DNA of 56,916 nucleotides from a virus. Where the stretch lies: the IMG/VR virus record IMGVR_UViG_3300006226_000001, positions 1 to 56,916 of that record. The stretch is one strand, 5' to 3'. This document shows, piece after piece, positions 25,992 through 35,041 of this stretch (positions are counted from its first letter, which is position 1; every line of letters starts with the position of its first letter). Below the pieces are notes generated by a model. That model was not told the origin of the DNA. It made no database searches and worked only from the letters and a program-made list of their open reading frames with translations. A program made the translations under genes and the position numbers.

Positions 25992-26393
25992 ATGGATTGG
26001 AGTAAGTATCCAAATTTTGAGCCTCATGAATTTGAGTGTCGATGTGGTTGTAAAACCAATAATGTATCCGAGATGTTTCTTGATTTATTGCAAAAAGCAA
26101 GATTAATAGCAGGGATATCATTTCGCATAACCTCAGGTTGCCGTTGTCCAAAGCATAATGCAACGGTTTCAAAAAATCAACAAAGCGACCATGTAGCCAT
26201 ACCTGACGATATGTTTTGTTTTGGAGTGGATATTCAATGCGATAACGACAGAAACAGAGATTTAATAATAGACGCTTCTTACAGGGTAGGGATTGACCGA
26301 AGAGGGGTGTATCCTGACAGAAATATTGTTCATCTTGGTATTGGCAAAGATAAAGGTGGACGGAACGATTCGAGAGTATTTTGGCGGAAATAA
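25992..26393 (+). CDS. Peptidase M15A-family zinc D,D-peptidase (cell-wall hydrolase)
   Basis: HEFECRCGC...ITSGCRCPKHNATV...SDH...GVDI, i.e. the SxxR..N / H / D zinc-peptidase pattern. Start ATG 25992 after AAGGAG. Confidence 0.75.
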   Translation: MDWSKYPNFEPHEFECRCGCKTNNVSEMFLDLLQKARLIAGISFRITSGCRCPKHNATVSKNQQSDHVAIPDDMFCFGVDIQCDNDRNRDLIIDASYRVGIDRRGVYPDRNIVHLGIGKDKGGRNDSRVFWRK

Positions 26394-27091
26394 TGGACAA
26401 AAAGCAATTAAAAGAGACGATAATGGAAGTCGTGAGCGATATGTTCCATGTGGGAGAGGTAGTAAATACCGACCCTGAGAGTTGCACAGCGAGAGTAAAA
26501 CTTCCTGATAGAGACGATTTTATAACAAGTGATTTGATGGTGTTGCAACCCAAAACCCATAAGGATAAATATTATTTTATGCCAGATATAGGGGAAATGG
26601 TGCTTTGTCTATTTTTGGGTAATGGAAGTTCGGTAGGGTTTATTTTGGGGTCGGCATATAATAAGCACGATTTAACTGCATATCTGGGTCGTCAAGGTAG
26701 CAATTATTTAAAATTTGAGGATGAGACGGAGATAAATTATGATAAAGAAAACAGCTTGATGTTTTTGAATGTAGAGGGTAAAACAGAGGCATATATAAGA
26801 GATGAAGTGCTTTTTGATTGCCCTGATATTGTAACAATATCAAAAGACATAAGAACTGACGCAGAAAACATAGAAATCAACACTAAAAACATTAAAGTAA
26901 ATGCAGATAAAACAGATGTAAACTCTGGAGCGACTGACATAACAGGTAATAGTTTAAATGTCAATTGCTCTGCGGTAAATTTGGGAAACAGTGCTAATGC
27001 GAGAGTAGTTCACGAATTCACAATCTGTCCTGTTTTTGGTATTCCGATTGGAAGTGTAAACCCCTCTAATACTACAAAAACAGCACAATAG
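26393..27091 (+). CDS. Baseplate central spike / assembly protein V (gpV-like)
   Basis: GEVVNTDPESCTARVKLPDRDDFITSDLMVLQP...GEMVLCLFLGNGSSVGFILGS. TAATG overlap start. Confidence 0.8.
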   Translation: MDKKQLKETIMEVVSDMFHVGEVVNTDPESCTARVKLPDRDDFITSDLMVLQPKTHKDKYYFMPDIGEMVLCLFLGNGSSVGFILGSAYNKHDLTAYLGRQGSNYLKFEDETEINYDKENSLMFLNVEGKTEAYIRDEVLFDCPDIVTISKDIRTDAENIEINTKNIKVNADKTDVNSGATDITGNSLNVNCSAVNLGNSANARVVHEFTICPVFGIPIGSVNPSNTTKTAQ

Positions 27092-27100
27092 GAGTATGGA

Positions 27101-27484
27101 ATGTCATTGGGAACGGATATTTTAGAGAATTTAAAAAAGGAGAATGGGGTCGATATGGATTTACCAGAAATGAGGAAATTCTGCAATGCGATAGCAAGCG
27201 ACATCGAAAGTCCGTTGACACCACCGATACCTTTTGTTTGTCATTTAGTTCTTGCATATCCGATGTTTCCACTTCCTCTGTTCAATGTCAGTGGAAGTAT
27301 TTCATCTCCGATTTTAACAGCGTTTGCATTACAGAATGCAACCCCACCTGTGATAATTCCTATTGTAACGGTGGTTTCAGAAATTAATTCAGGCATTAAA
27401 GGGACATTTCCAAATGGTAGTGATGATATGTTTTCAAAAGTAGGCAGAGCAGCAGCGATTGCCTATTTGATGAGGGAAGTATGA
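27101..27484 (+). CDS. Hypothetical baseplate-module protein
   Basis: ORF track; RBS AGGAG. Confidence 0.55.
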   Translation: MSLGTDILENLKKENGVDMDLPEMRKFCNAIASDIESPLTPPIPFVCHLVLAYPMFPLPLFNVSGSISSPILTAFALQNATPPVIIPIVTVVSEINSGIKGTFPNGSDDMFSKVGRAAAIAYLMREV

Positions 27485-28185
27485 TAGAAAATTTGCAAGG
27501 CATAGCGATGACAGGTTTTCAAAATGCAAAGGACACCTTGGCAGGTGGATTTGACGGATGGCGTGATGGCTTTTTGGATAATATTCAGGACATAGCGATT
27601 GCGAGATTATTGTCATTTACTCCGTTTGTTGGTTTTATTGGAAATGTGATTTTTATGACGAGCCGATTTAGAGTGCGGACATTTGAAAATTTAAATCGTA
27701 GATTGGATGGTCATTATCATGAGCATAATGTTATCCATGGCAAGCCTGTCCCTGAGTTTTTGGGTGTCGGTCTGAAAGAATATAATTTTGATATTACATT
27801 AAATAGTTTTTGTGGACCAGAGCCTTTGACAGATTTTCGGAGGCTTGAAAAGTTTGTCGAAGAGGGTATTCCTCAGGTGGTATTTCTGCACGGTCGCAAT
27901 GAGGGTCTGTATTCAGTCCGAAGTATTGAGGCGGATGAGACATACTGGTATAAGGGTCGACCTGCTGTGATGACGGTAAATATAGTTTTGAGAGAATATG
28001 TAGAAAGTATCCCAATAGCGGTTCAAGAGAAATTGCGAGAGGAAGAGCTGGCAAGAGGTGATACAGGTGTCGGTGGTCCAGACAAGGTAGCGGGACACGC
28101 CAAGTTACCAGAAGAGGTTGCAGAGGCACCGAGGGTATTAACTCCGAGCATTGACCCGGTAACCAGGATGGTAATAAATGGATAG
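27481..28185 (+). CDS. Tail protein, P2 gpU-like
   Basis: HGKPVPEFLGVGLKEYNFDITLN...PLTDFRRLEKFVEEGIPQVVFLHGRNEGLYSVRSIE pattern. Confidence 0.6.
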   Translation: MIENLQGIAMTGFQNAKDTLAGGFDGWRDGFLDNIQDIAIARLLSFTPFVGFIGNVIFMTSRFRVRTFENLNRRLDGHYHEHNVIHGKPVPEFLGVGLKEYNFDITLNSFCGPEPLTDFRRLEKFVEEGIPQVVFLHGRNEGLYSVRSIEADETYWYKGRPAVMTVNIVLREYVESIPIAVQEKLREEELARGDTGVGGPDKVAGHAKLPEEVAEAPRVLTPSIDPVTRMVING

Positions 28186-28510
28186 AATATTTGATGTATT
28201 AGGAACGCCTTTGACAGATATAGAAATCGGTGCTGTGGGCATCCGTAGTATTTTGCAAAATGTCAAAACGATTATTTCTACATGGCGTGGGAATGTGTTT
28301 TTTGACAGACTTTTTGGCATAAATACACGGATGATAGATGCCCCATTAAATATTTTGTATGCAAATCTGTCTGTAGATATTACAGAACAGCTGGCAAAGT
28401 ATGAGCCGAGAGTAGAGGTGGTGAGTGTAAGTTTTGAGGATAGCGATATTCCCAATGGTGTTGTAATTCCATTGGTGCGGGTGCGTATAAGAGATGGAGT
28501 TTTATTATGA
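28178..28510 (+). CDS. Baseplate wedge protein, GPW/gp25 family
   Basis: 110 aa; IRSILQNVKTIISTWRGNVFFDRLFGI motif. Confidence 0.8.
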   Translation: MDRIFDVLGTPLTDIEIGAVGIRSILQNVKTIISTWRGNVFFDRLFGINTRMIDAPLNILYANLSVDITEQLAKYEPRVEVVSVSFEDSDIPNGVVIPLVRVRIRDGVLL

Positions 28511-29442
28511 AGACATTTAAAGTAGAGACGGTAGGGAAATATGAGCCTGTAGATATATTTGCAGGTAGATTGCAGAGAGTAACCAAAGAAGTCATATCAG
28601 GAATGGATTTACCAAAGGGTAGTGTTTTGAAGTGCCTTTCTGATGATGGTCGTAAATTTTTGGTCGAGCTGTATAATAATTATGATGATGGTGTTTTTGG
28701 TGTTTTGGCAGAGGATATGAAAGCAGGTGAGCCTGGAGTGGCTTATGTTTCAGGTGAGTTTTTGGGAAATTCTGTAGTAGTATCATATGGGATTGATATA
28801 AACCTACTTTCAAGAAAAGATTTGATATTTATAAGAAATTATGGAGAGGATGGACATTTTCGACTGCCGAGGGTGTCTGTATCGATTGTGGGTCGTGGTA
28901 TGGTCCAGGGAGCTGGATTTTATGAAATAGGTGAGGCGGTGAATTTACGAGCTGAAGCTTGGAGTGGCTATAAGTTTGAAAGATTTGAAAATATAAATAC
29001 AGGAGAGGTAAGTGAAATGAGTAATTATACTTTTACAATGCCAGACGCTGATGTAAATGTGAGAGCGTTTTTCAGAGCGATGGTGGATAATGTAATTTTG
29101 ACTTATGAGGGTATGGGGTCGGTATCAGGTCAGGGTGAATATGATACTGGCGCACAGGTTACAATCAATGCAGTAGCAGCATTTGGCTATCGATTTGTTC
29201 GTTGGGAAAACGCAGACACAGGAGCTGAGTTTGCTACATCCGCAATTCATACTTTTACAAAACAGGCTGGAACGATTAATCTGCGAGCTATTTTTGAAGT
29301 GATAATGCGTAATGTAACAGTAACAGTTGAGGGTCAGGGAACTGTAACAGGCGCAGGTCCTTATGCAGTGGGTGCGACAGTCGAGCTTGAGGCAACCCCA
29401 GATGATGGGCATGTCTTTGTGAGATGGGAAGACGATTTGTAA
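28507..29442 (+). CDS. Baseplate-module protein: an N-terminal paralogue of the head-decoration domain plus InlB-type B-repeat domains. The last repeat is truncated by the stop
   Basis: N-terminus aligns by eye with 16030..16431 (DIFAG..RV..EVIS, GEPGVAYVSGEFLGN versus GEVGVAYLTGEFIGD). Repeats contain YKFERFEN...NVRAFF, YRFVRWEN...NLRAIF and HVFVRWEDDL-stop. Confidence 0.7.
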   Translation: MKTFKVETVGKYEPVDIFAGRLQRVTKEVISGMDLPKGSVLKCLSDDGRKFLVELYNNYDDGVFGVLAEDMKAGEPGVAYVSGEFLGNSVVVSYGIDINLLSRKDLIFIRNYGEDGHFRLPRVSVSIVGRGMVQGAGFYEIGEAVNLRAEAWSGYKFERFENINTGEVSEMSNYTFTMPDADVNVRAFFRAMVDNVILTYEGMGSVSGQGEYDTGAQVTINAVAAFGYRFVRWENADTGAEFATSAIHTFTKQAGTINLRAIFEVIMRNVTVTVEGQGTVTGAGPYAVGATVELEATPDDGHVFVRWEDDL

Positions 29443-29455
29443 TTAAGACGAAAAC

Positions 29456-29484
29456 CACCCCCCCCGATATAGTTCGGGGGGGTG
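29456..29484. repeat. GC hairpin CACCCCCCC(C)G-ATATAGTT-CGGGGGGGTG in the 53-nt gap between two halves of a repeat domain
   Basis: C8 tract 29458..29465 faces G7 tract 29476..29482. No T-run follows. Confidence 0.8.
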
Positions 29485-29495
29485 AGAGGTAAAGA

Positions 29496-29783
29496 ATGAG
29501 TAAATTGACATTTGAGATGCCAGGTCGGGATGTGAATGTAAAGGCTGTGTTTGCATATGCAGACAAGCGTATTGTGTTTCATCTGACAGATAGAAAATAT
29601 CAAGATGCCTTGAATTCTATGCTTGAGAGTTGGTTTCAGTGCAATGGAGTTGGCAAGTATTTTGATGGCTCTGAGGTCGATTTTAATCAGAACGACCAGC
29701 CATTGTGGGGCGATGTATTTTATGTTACAGTTTATAATAAAGGTGAGCAGATTTATTATAAAGAGATGACAATAGAGGTTTAA
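29496..29783 (+). CDS. Small protein whose N-terminus is the missing second half of the truncated B-repeat
   Basis: MSKLTFEMPGRDVNVKAVF matches MSNYTFTMPDADVNVRAFF of the upstream ORF. Has its own RBS-like GAGAGG. Confidence 0.6.
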   Translation: MSKLTFEMPGRDVNVKAVFAYADKRIVFHLTDRKYQDALNSMLESWFQCNGVGKYFDGSEVDFNQNDQPLWGDVFYVTVYNKGEQIYYKEMTIEV

Positions 29784-29784
29784 G

Positions 29785-31329
29785 ATGAATGATATTTATA
29801 TAGAATTAGATTTGGATTTAGAGTCGTTAGTAGACGACAGCCCAGTGATAACAGAATTTGACCCTTATGATGGCATAATCTATGGTCGTAATTTTAAGAA
29901 CGGATATTACATAGAAACAGGCGAAGTTTTGCTATTTAACCGACATACAAACAGCTATGAATATTGCGGTTATGATAGCTGGTCTGATACAGAAATTCAT
30001 ATAGGGGAATATTGGCATGATGGTAGAGATGGCGACTCTGCGATAAAGGTAGTAACCAAAGTGGGTCACCGTCAAGAGAGCAAAGGCTATAGTGTAAAAT
30101 ATCCGAACTCCTTTCCATATTATTGTCGGATTACCTATCGAGATGTGAGCGACAATTCAATCAGACAAGCTTATATAGAAGAAAGAACATACGAAAACAT
30201 TATCGAAGCTAACAACCATTATGGGGTGATTCGTTCTCATGGTCAGGATGTGTATCTTTTGTCTCAGATGCTTGGCATAGAATTTGGAGATCAGTTTGAA
30301 AAGGACAGAATTTCATCAGGTTTTTTAGATTCTTGTCTTTTATTTAATCAACCTTTGAGAATGCCTGATTCAGTCGAATACATAGAGAGTTATTTTCTTT
30401 TCTACTGCTTTTCCTTTGACCAACCAATTTATTTTCCAGAGGGGCTAGAGGAGATTGGAGGCTATTTTATGGGAGCTTGTTATTCTTTTAATCACCCTTT
30501 GACATTTCCGTATTATTTAAATCATATTGGATATTTAATGCTTGCCGATTGTTCTGCTTTTAATAGCGATATCGAATTTGGTCAATACCTTGAAACTATT
30601 GGTTTTGGTTTTATGGCAGGTTGTTTCTCTTTTAATAAAAACATGAGCCTTCCAGATTATATTTATTCAATAGAATCAAGTTTTATGTCGGGCTGCAGTA
30701 GTTTTAATAGCCCTTTGCGGTTACCTGAAGGGATTTACTCGATAGACGATAATTTTCTTTACAGTTGCTGTTCTTTTAATCAACGGCTTGTTATCTCGGA
30801 GTATGTGGGCTATATTGGAAGTTATTTTATGCAGGATTGTCATGCATTTAATAAACCGTTAGAATTGCCTAATAATGTTACAGAAATAACTGATGGATTT
30901 ATGTGTAACTGCTATAGTTTTAATAGCAGATTGAAACTTCCCGACTATCTTTGGCGGATAGGATATAGTTTTTTTGAAAACTGCTATGCCTATAATCAGG
31001 AATTAAATTTACCTTATAGCCTAAATGAAATTTGGGACTATTTTATGAATAGTTGTTATTCATATAGTCATCGATTGGTATTGCCTGGTAGTATGGGCTG
31101 GATTGGTGAATTTTTTATGTTTGAGTGTTATTTGTTTTTAGAGCTGGAGGTAGAGTCAACATTTACACCGCCTGGTGACCCTTATACACTTTCGACAGCT
31201 CGTGATAGTTTGGCGCCAGCCTATTTAATTGGCGTTCGGTTATATGGACCAGGTGCTCATATGTGGACTTATTATTTGAATAACCAGGGTGGATGGCTTT
31301 ACCGCAAATTGATACATATGGGGGACTAA
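29785..31329 (+). CDS. Leucine-rich repeat protein (BspA-type LRR), probable receptor-binding or adhesin component
   Basis: About 12 tandem units of about 23 aa of the type F(M/L)xxCxSFNxPLxLPxxhxxIgxxF. Confidence 0.8.
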   Translation: MNDIYIELDLDLESLVDDSPVITEFDPYDGIIYGRNFKNGYYIETGEVLLFNRHTNSYEYCGYDSWSDTEIHIGEYWHDGRDGDSAIKVVTKVGHRQESKGYSVKYPNSFPYYCRITYRDVSDNSIRQAYIEERTYENIIEANNHYGVIRSHGQDVYLLSQMLGIEFGDQFEKDRISSGFLDSCLLFNQPLRMPDSVEYIESYFLFYCFSFDQPIYFPEGLEEIGGYFMGACYSFNHPLTFPYYLNHIGYLMLADCSAFNSDIEFGQYLETIGFGFMAGCFSFNKNMSLPDYIYSIESSFMSGCSSFNSPLRLPEGIYSIDDNFLYSCCSFNQRLVISEYVGYIGSYFMQDCHAFNKPLELPNNVTEITDGFMCNCYSFNSRLKLPDYLWRIGYSFFENCYAYNQELNLPYSLNEIWDYFMNSCYSYSHRLVLPGSMGWIGEFFMFECYLFLELEVESTFTPPGDPYTLSTARDSLAPAYLIGVRLYGPGAHMWTYYLNNQGGWLYRKLIHMGD

Positions 31330-32532
31330 ATGGATTTTGAAAATTTAAGAGATGTAGTCTTTGCCGAGGTTGACACTGACAAGCTGATAAAGTCAGCAAT
31401 CAGTGTCTATGAGGGCATAATGAATACTACACTTTATGCAGGTAACCCTGTACGGTTATTTTTGATGGCTCTCTGCGTAATCAGAGGTCAGGACAATGCT
31501 ATTTTGGATTGGACTTCAAAACAGAATTTGTTAAAATATGCTGTGGGTAATTATCTTGAACATCTGGGTGCTTGGCTTGGTGTTTTTCGTCTGTCTCCCA
31601 CCCCAGCCAGATGCACCCTTATGTTTTCACTGCAACAGGTAAGAAATTTCCCAACTACAATTCCGATGGGAACAAGAGCGACAGCAGATGGCAAGGTGTT
31701 CTTTTCGACAGATGCTGTGCTTTTGATACCAGCGGGTGAGATTTCTGGTGAAGTATCTGCTACTTGTCTTTCGGAGGGTAGTGTAGGTAATGAACTAATG
31801 GCAGGACAGATAAATCGGATGGTCGACAGCGTGGCGTTTGTAAATGGTGTTGAAAATATCAACACAACTAATGGTGGAAGTGACATTGAAACGGACTCGG
31901 CTCTGAGGGCAAGAATAAGACTGAAACCCGACAGCTTTACAACAGCTGGAAGTCGGCTTGCATATCAATACTGGAGTTTTACCGCTCATGTGAATATCGG
32001 TGATGTGGCGGTGGTTTCCCCTATCCCTGGAATTGTAAATATATTTGTAATGCTGAGAGGTGGAGAGCAACCAGAGGTCGACTCTGCGGAGATAATGGCA
32101 GTGAAAGAGATATTTGGAGTTTCAGATATTTATGGTCATGTGAGCAGTGAGAGTGGGGATAGATTGCGACCATTGACGGACTTGATATTTGTATTTCCTA
32201 TCAATGTAGAGCCTGTAAATTATACAATAAAATGGTGGGTAACAGATGAGCAGGCGGTGGATTTGGTTTCAATAAAAGAAGCAGTCCATAATGCAGTGTC
32301 AGAGTATGAGGTTTGGCAGACAGAAAAGGCAGGTCGGGATATAGTTCCAGATAAACTAATAAAGCTGTGTTTGTCGGCAGGAGCCAAGAGAGTAGAATTG
32401 AAACGGATAATAATAATCGATGATGTCCCAGTAGAAATACCATTTGTTCACAGTGTGATTGGTGATACAACAGTGGTAAATTTTATCGAGAATGAGGATA
32501 GGATAATCGATGGAGGAGTTGAGAAAGAGTAA
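31330..32532 (+). CDS. Baseplate protein J (gpJ-like)
   Basis: GGSDIETDSALRARIRLKPDSFTTAGSRLAYQYWSFTAHVNIGDVAV motif. Confidence 0.85.
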   Translation: MDFENLRDVVFAEVDTDKLIKSAISVYEGIMNTTLYAGNPVRLFLMALCVIRGQDNAILDWTSKQNLLKYAVGNYLEHLGAWLGVFRLSPTPARCTLMFSLQQVRNFPTTIPMGTRATADGKVFFSTDAVLLIPAGEISGEVSATCLSEGSVGNELMAGQINRMVDSVAFVNGVENINTTNGGSDIETDSALRARIRLKPDSFTTAGSRLAYQYWSFTAHVNIGDVAVVSPIPGIVNIFVMLRGGEQPEVDSAEIMAVKEIFGVSDIYGHVSSESGDRLRPLTDLIFVFPINVEPVNYTIKWWVTDEQAVDLVSIKEAVHNAVSEYEVWQTEKAGRDIVPDKLIKLCLSAGAKRVELKRIIIIDDVPVEIPFVHSVIGDTTVVNFIENEDRIIDGGVEKE

Positions 32533-33455
32533 TGGAATTAGGAAAATTTAAATTTAATGATTTATTGCCAGAGAGTGTCAAGAACGACCCGAAATTTCAA
32601 GCAGCGAGTGAGGTGCTTGACGAGATGTATAAAGACACAGAACAGAGGACAAAAAATTTATTAATTTATAGTAGGATTGACGAATTGGATGAGCGGACGA
32701 TTGATGATTTGGCATGGCAATTTAATTTAAATTTTTTTGATGGCTGGGCATTGACAGCGGATTTGGAAGAGAAACGAAGTCTGATAAAGTTTGCTTTTCA
32801 ACAAAAGATGTATAAGGGGACGCGGTGGAGTATTGAAAGGACTGGTGAGCTTTTAAATATCCCAATCAAGGTTATAGAGTGGTGGCAGGACGATACAGAT
32901 TATTTGGAACCATACGAATTTATGATGGAAGTGGATACTACAAACAAGGGTTTGGACGAAAACTTTTATCCTGTAATAATTCAGTTGGTTGAGAATTTAA
33001 AGAATGTGAGGTCGCACCTAAAGAGGATACTGACAATTCTAAATGTGCGGATTTCGGTGTGGACTGCTGTATCGTTGTTGGTAGCAGAATTTGGTCAGGT
33101 GTTTCCTGATTTGATGATGCGTATTATCAATAATGTAAAACTTTATTTTCGGGTTGGTCAGTATGGATACGGTAGCACAGAAATATCAAGCGGGGGACCG
33201 ATGCCGATACCAACACCTGTATATAAAACGATTGAGCGGGTTTTAAATTGGGCAACTGGTGGTGTGTATATCCCAGAGTTTGAAATTGTAGATATAGAGG
33301 GGAATTATGCGACAGGTGTAAATTTTTTGCCTGTGAAATATCCTACGGTGTGTTCGTGTAGTAGCTATGCGACAGGTCGATTGACAATGATAAATAAAAG
33401 AATGACAAGAGAGAATTTAGAGAATTACGCAACGGGTGGAGTGCGATTTATATAG
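32532..33455 (+). CDS. Tail protein I (P2 gpI-like)
   Basis: N-terminal DLLPESVKNDPKFQAASEVLDE pattern; lies after gpJ. Confidence 0.75.
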   Translation: MELGKFKFNDLLPESVKNDPKFQAASEVLDEMYKDTEQRTKNLLIYSRIDELDERTIDDLAWQFNLNFFDGWALTADLEEKRSLIKFAFQQKMYKGTRWSIERTGELLNIPIKVIEWWQDDTDYLEPYEFMMEVDTTNKGLDENFYPVIIQLVENLKNVRSHLKRILTILNVRISVWTAVSLLVAEFGQVFPDLMMRIINNVKLYFRVGQYGYGSTEISSGGPMPIPTPVYKTIERVLNWATGGVYIPEFEIVDIEGNYATGVNFLPVKYPTVCSCSSYATGRLTMINKRMTRENLENYATGGVRFI

Positions 33456-33466
33456 GAGGCTGATTT

Positions 33467-33637
33467 ATGGATAAACCAAAAATTGAGACAATTGCAAAGG
33501 GTGAAGTAATTACCAAAGCAGAGAAAAGAGAATATTTGCAGGGTATTTTAGAGATACAAAAGCAGATGGTAGAAAAATTGGAACAAGAGATTTCAGAGAT
33601 AGAAAAGGAGCTACAAGATGATACAGAGGAATTGTAG
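33467..33637 (+). CDS. Small coiled-coil protein (56 aa), below the ORF-track cutoff
   Basis: ATG 33467 after the strong RBS TAGGAGG. Translation: MDKPKIETIAKGEVITKAEKREYLQGILEIQKQMVEKLEQEISEIEKELQDDTEEL. Confidence 0.5.
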   Translation: MDKPKIETIAKGEVITKAEKREYLQGILEIQKQMVEKLEQEISEIEKELQDDTEEL

Positions 33638-35033
33638 TGAGTGCTGGTATTTTGAGGATTTGTTTTGCACGCTTTATGATTTTTTTGTGAGGGAAGATGC
33701 TGAGGCTTGCGATGACTTTGTAACAGAGGGAAAACAAGGTTTAAAGACAACATTGGATGTCGATTGCGATGAGTTTGTCGAGATAAAGTGCGATGCTTTT
33801 AATTTAAAACAGCCTCTAAATACTATCCATGTAGGATTTGTGAGGATGCTCGGAGTGGCTATTTGCGCTGGTCAGGCTGATATTTATCTTGTAAATAATG
33901 CAGTTCAGTCAAGCCTTATGAATTTTTATTTTGGAGTAAATTCACTTCATACATCATTGTCAGTCCATAATTTTATAATGAGCCAGAACGCATATAATGT
34001 AAATGAGATACAGACTAATACTTCATTATCATCAACTTTTTTTGTTAAATTAACTGGAACCAAGCAGTCTCATTATGATGTAGAAAATGACATATTGAGA
34101 GTATCAGAATATTGGATTAATTCTGCAAATGCTAATACGAATTTTCTCGTATTATATTTGTTAGGTCCCCACTGTGGAGCAGCGAATTCTATGTGGTGCG
34201 GATTGGCAGGTGAAACTTTAAATTCGTCAATTCCCCCATCAGCACAATTTGAAAATTCCTACACAATGCGAATTGATAAATATCATCAAAACTTGAAGCG
34301 TTGGTTGACATTATATTTAGGTGCAGAAAATACGATGTCTGATGGGAATACGAGCTTGCCTACAGTACCGGGTTGGAAATTGAAAAACGGAAATATAGCC
34401 AATGGTTCGATAACAAGATATAGGACATTGGACCCCCGACTGGTAATGGCAGGACAGCGGTTTATAGAAATCGGATATAGTGGACAGGCTATGAGCTATG
34501 ACGAAGAGGCTCTGATTGAACCTGCAACAAATACCGATTATGGACTTACAACGGTAAATTTGCTTGCCTTTAATACGGCTGAAAATTATTTTGATTTAGA
34601 AATTTCAGTTTTGGCTACCAACACATCGATTGAACCGCAGACATATCGGGAAATTGGAATTTTCCGACCATTTCCAACGACTGCAACTGCAATGGAAATG
34701 GGAATGAGCCACAGAGGAGTGTTTGAGACACCTGTAACGGTGCCAGGTGGAGAGAGTGGATTGTTTACCCAAGTTTTTAGAGTTTATATTCACCATAAGC
34801 CTGTTTATAGGGTATCTGTATTGACAAGTGATGATAGCAAAGTCGAAACCATTACAAACAGCGGGAACTATTTCGAGGAACAAGTAGTAACGGTAGAATG
34901 TAACCCACTTGCAGGGCAGACTGTTCAGAGTATGTCAATCGTTCCGTCTGTTCCGTTTGAGCAGGTCAATCAGAACACAATAAAATTTGTAATGCCGAGT
35001 TTTGATTTGGCGGTTCATATAGTTTTTAATTAG
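33618..35033 (+). CDS. Putative tail fibre / receptor-binding accessory protein with a C-terminal B-repeat domain
   Basis: 471 aa. RBS AAGGAG. C-terminal YRVSVLTSDD...VVTVECNPLAGQTV...IKFVMPSFDLAVHIVF resembles the repeats of 28507..29442. Confidence 0.6.
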   Translation: MIQRNCSECWYFEDLFCTLYDFFVREDAEACDDFVTEGKQGLKTTLDVDCDEFVEIKCDAFNLKQPLNTIHVGFVRMLGVAICAGQADIYLVNNAVQSSLMNFYFGVNSLHTSLSVHNFIMSQNAYNVNEIQTNTSLSSTFFVKLTGTKQSHYDVENDILRVSEYWINSANANTNFLVLYLLGPHCGAANSMWCGLAGETLNSSIPPSAQFENSYTMRIDKYHQNLKRWLTLYLGAENTMSDGNTSLPTVPGWKLKNGNIANGSITRYRTLDPRLVMAGQRFIEIGYSGQAMSYDEEALIEPATNTDYGLTTVNLLAFNTAENYFDLEISVLATNTSIEPQTYREIGIFRPFPTTATAMEMGMSHRGVFETPVTVPGGESGLFTQVFRVYIHHKPVYRVSVLTSDDSKVETITNSGNYFEEQVVTVECNPLAGQTVQSMSIVPSVPFEQVNQNTIKFVMPSFDLAVHIVFN

Positions 35034-35041
35034 GAGGTAAA

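Noticed and set aside
25990-26553. 187-aa minus-strand ORF
   Set aside because: It is antisense to the M15 peptidase and gpV genes, which carry clear family motifs.
28507-35033. Diversity-generating retroelement targeting the repeat-containing receptor-binding genes
   Set aside because: No reverse transcriptase gene and no template/variable repeat pair were found anywhere in the genome.
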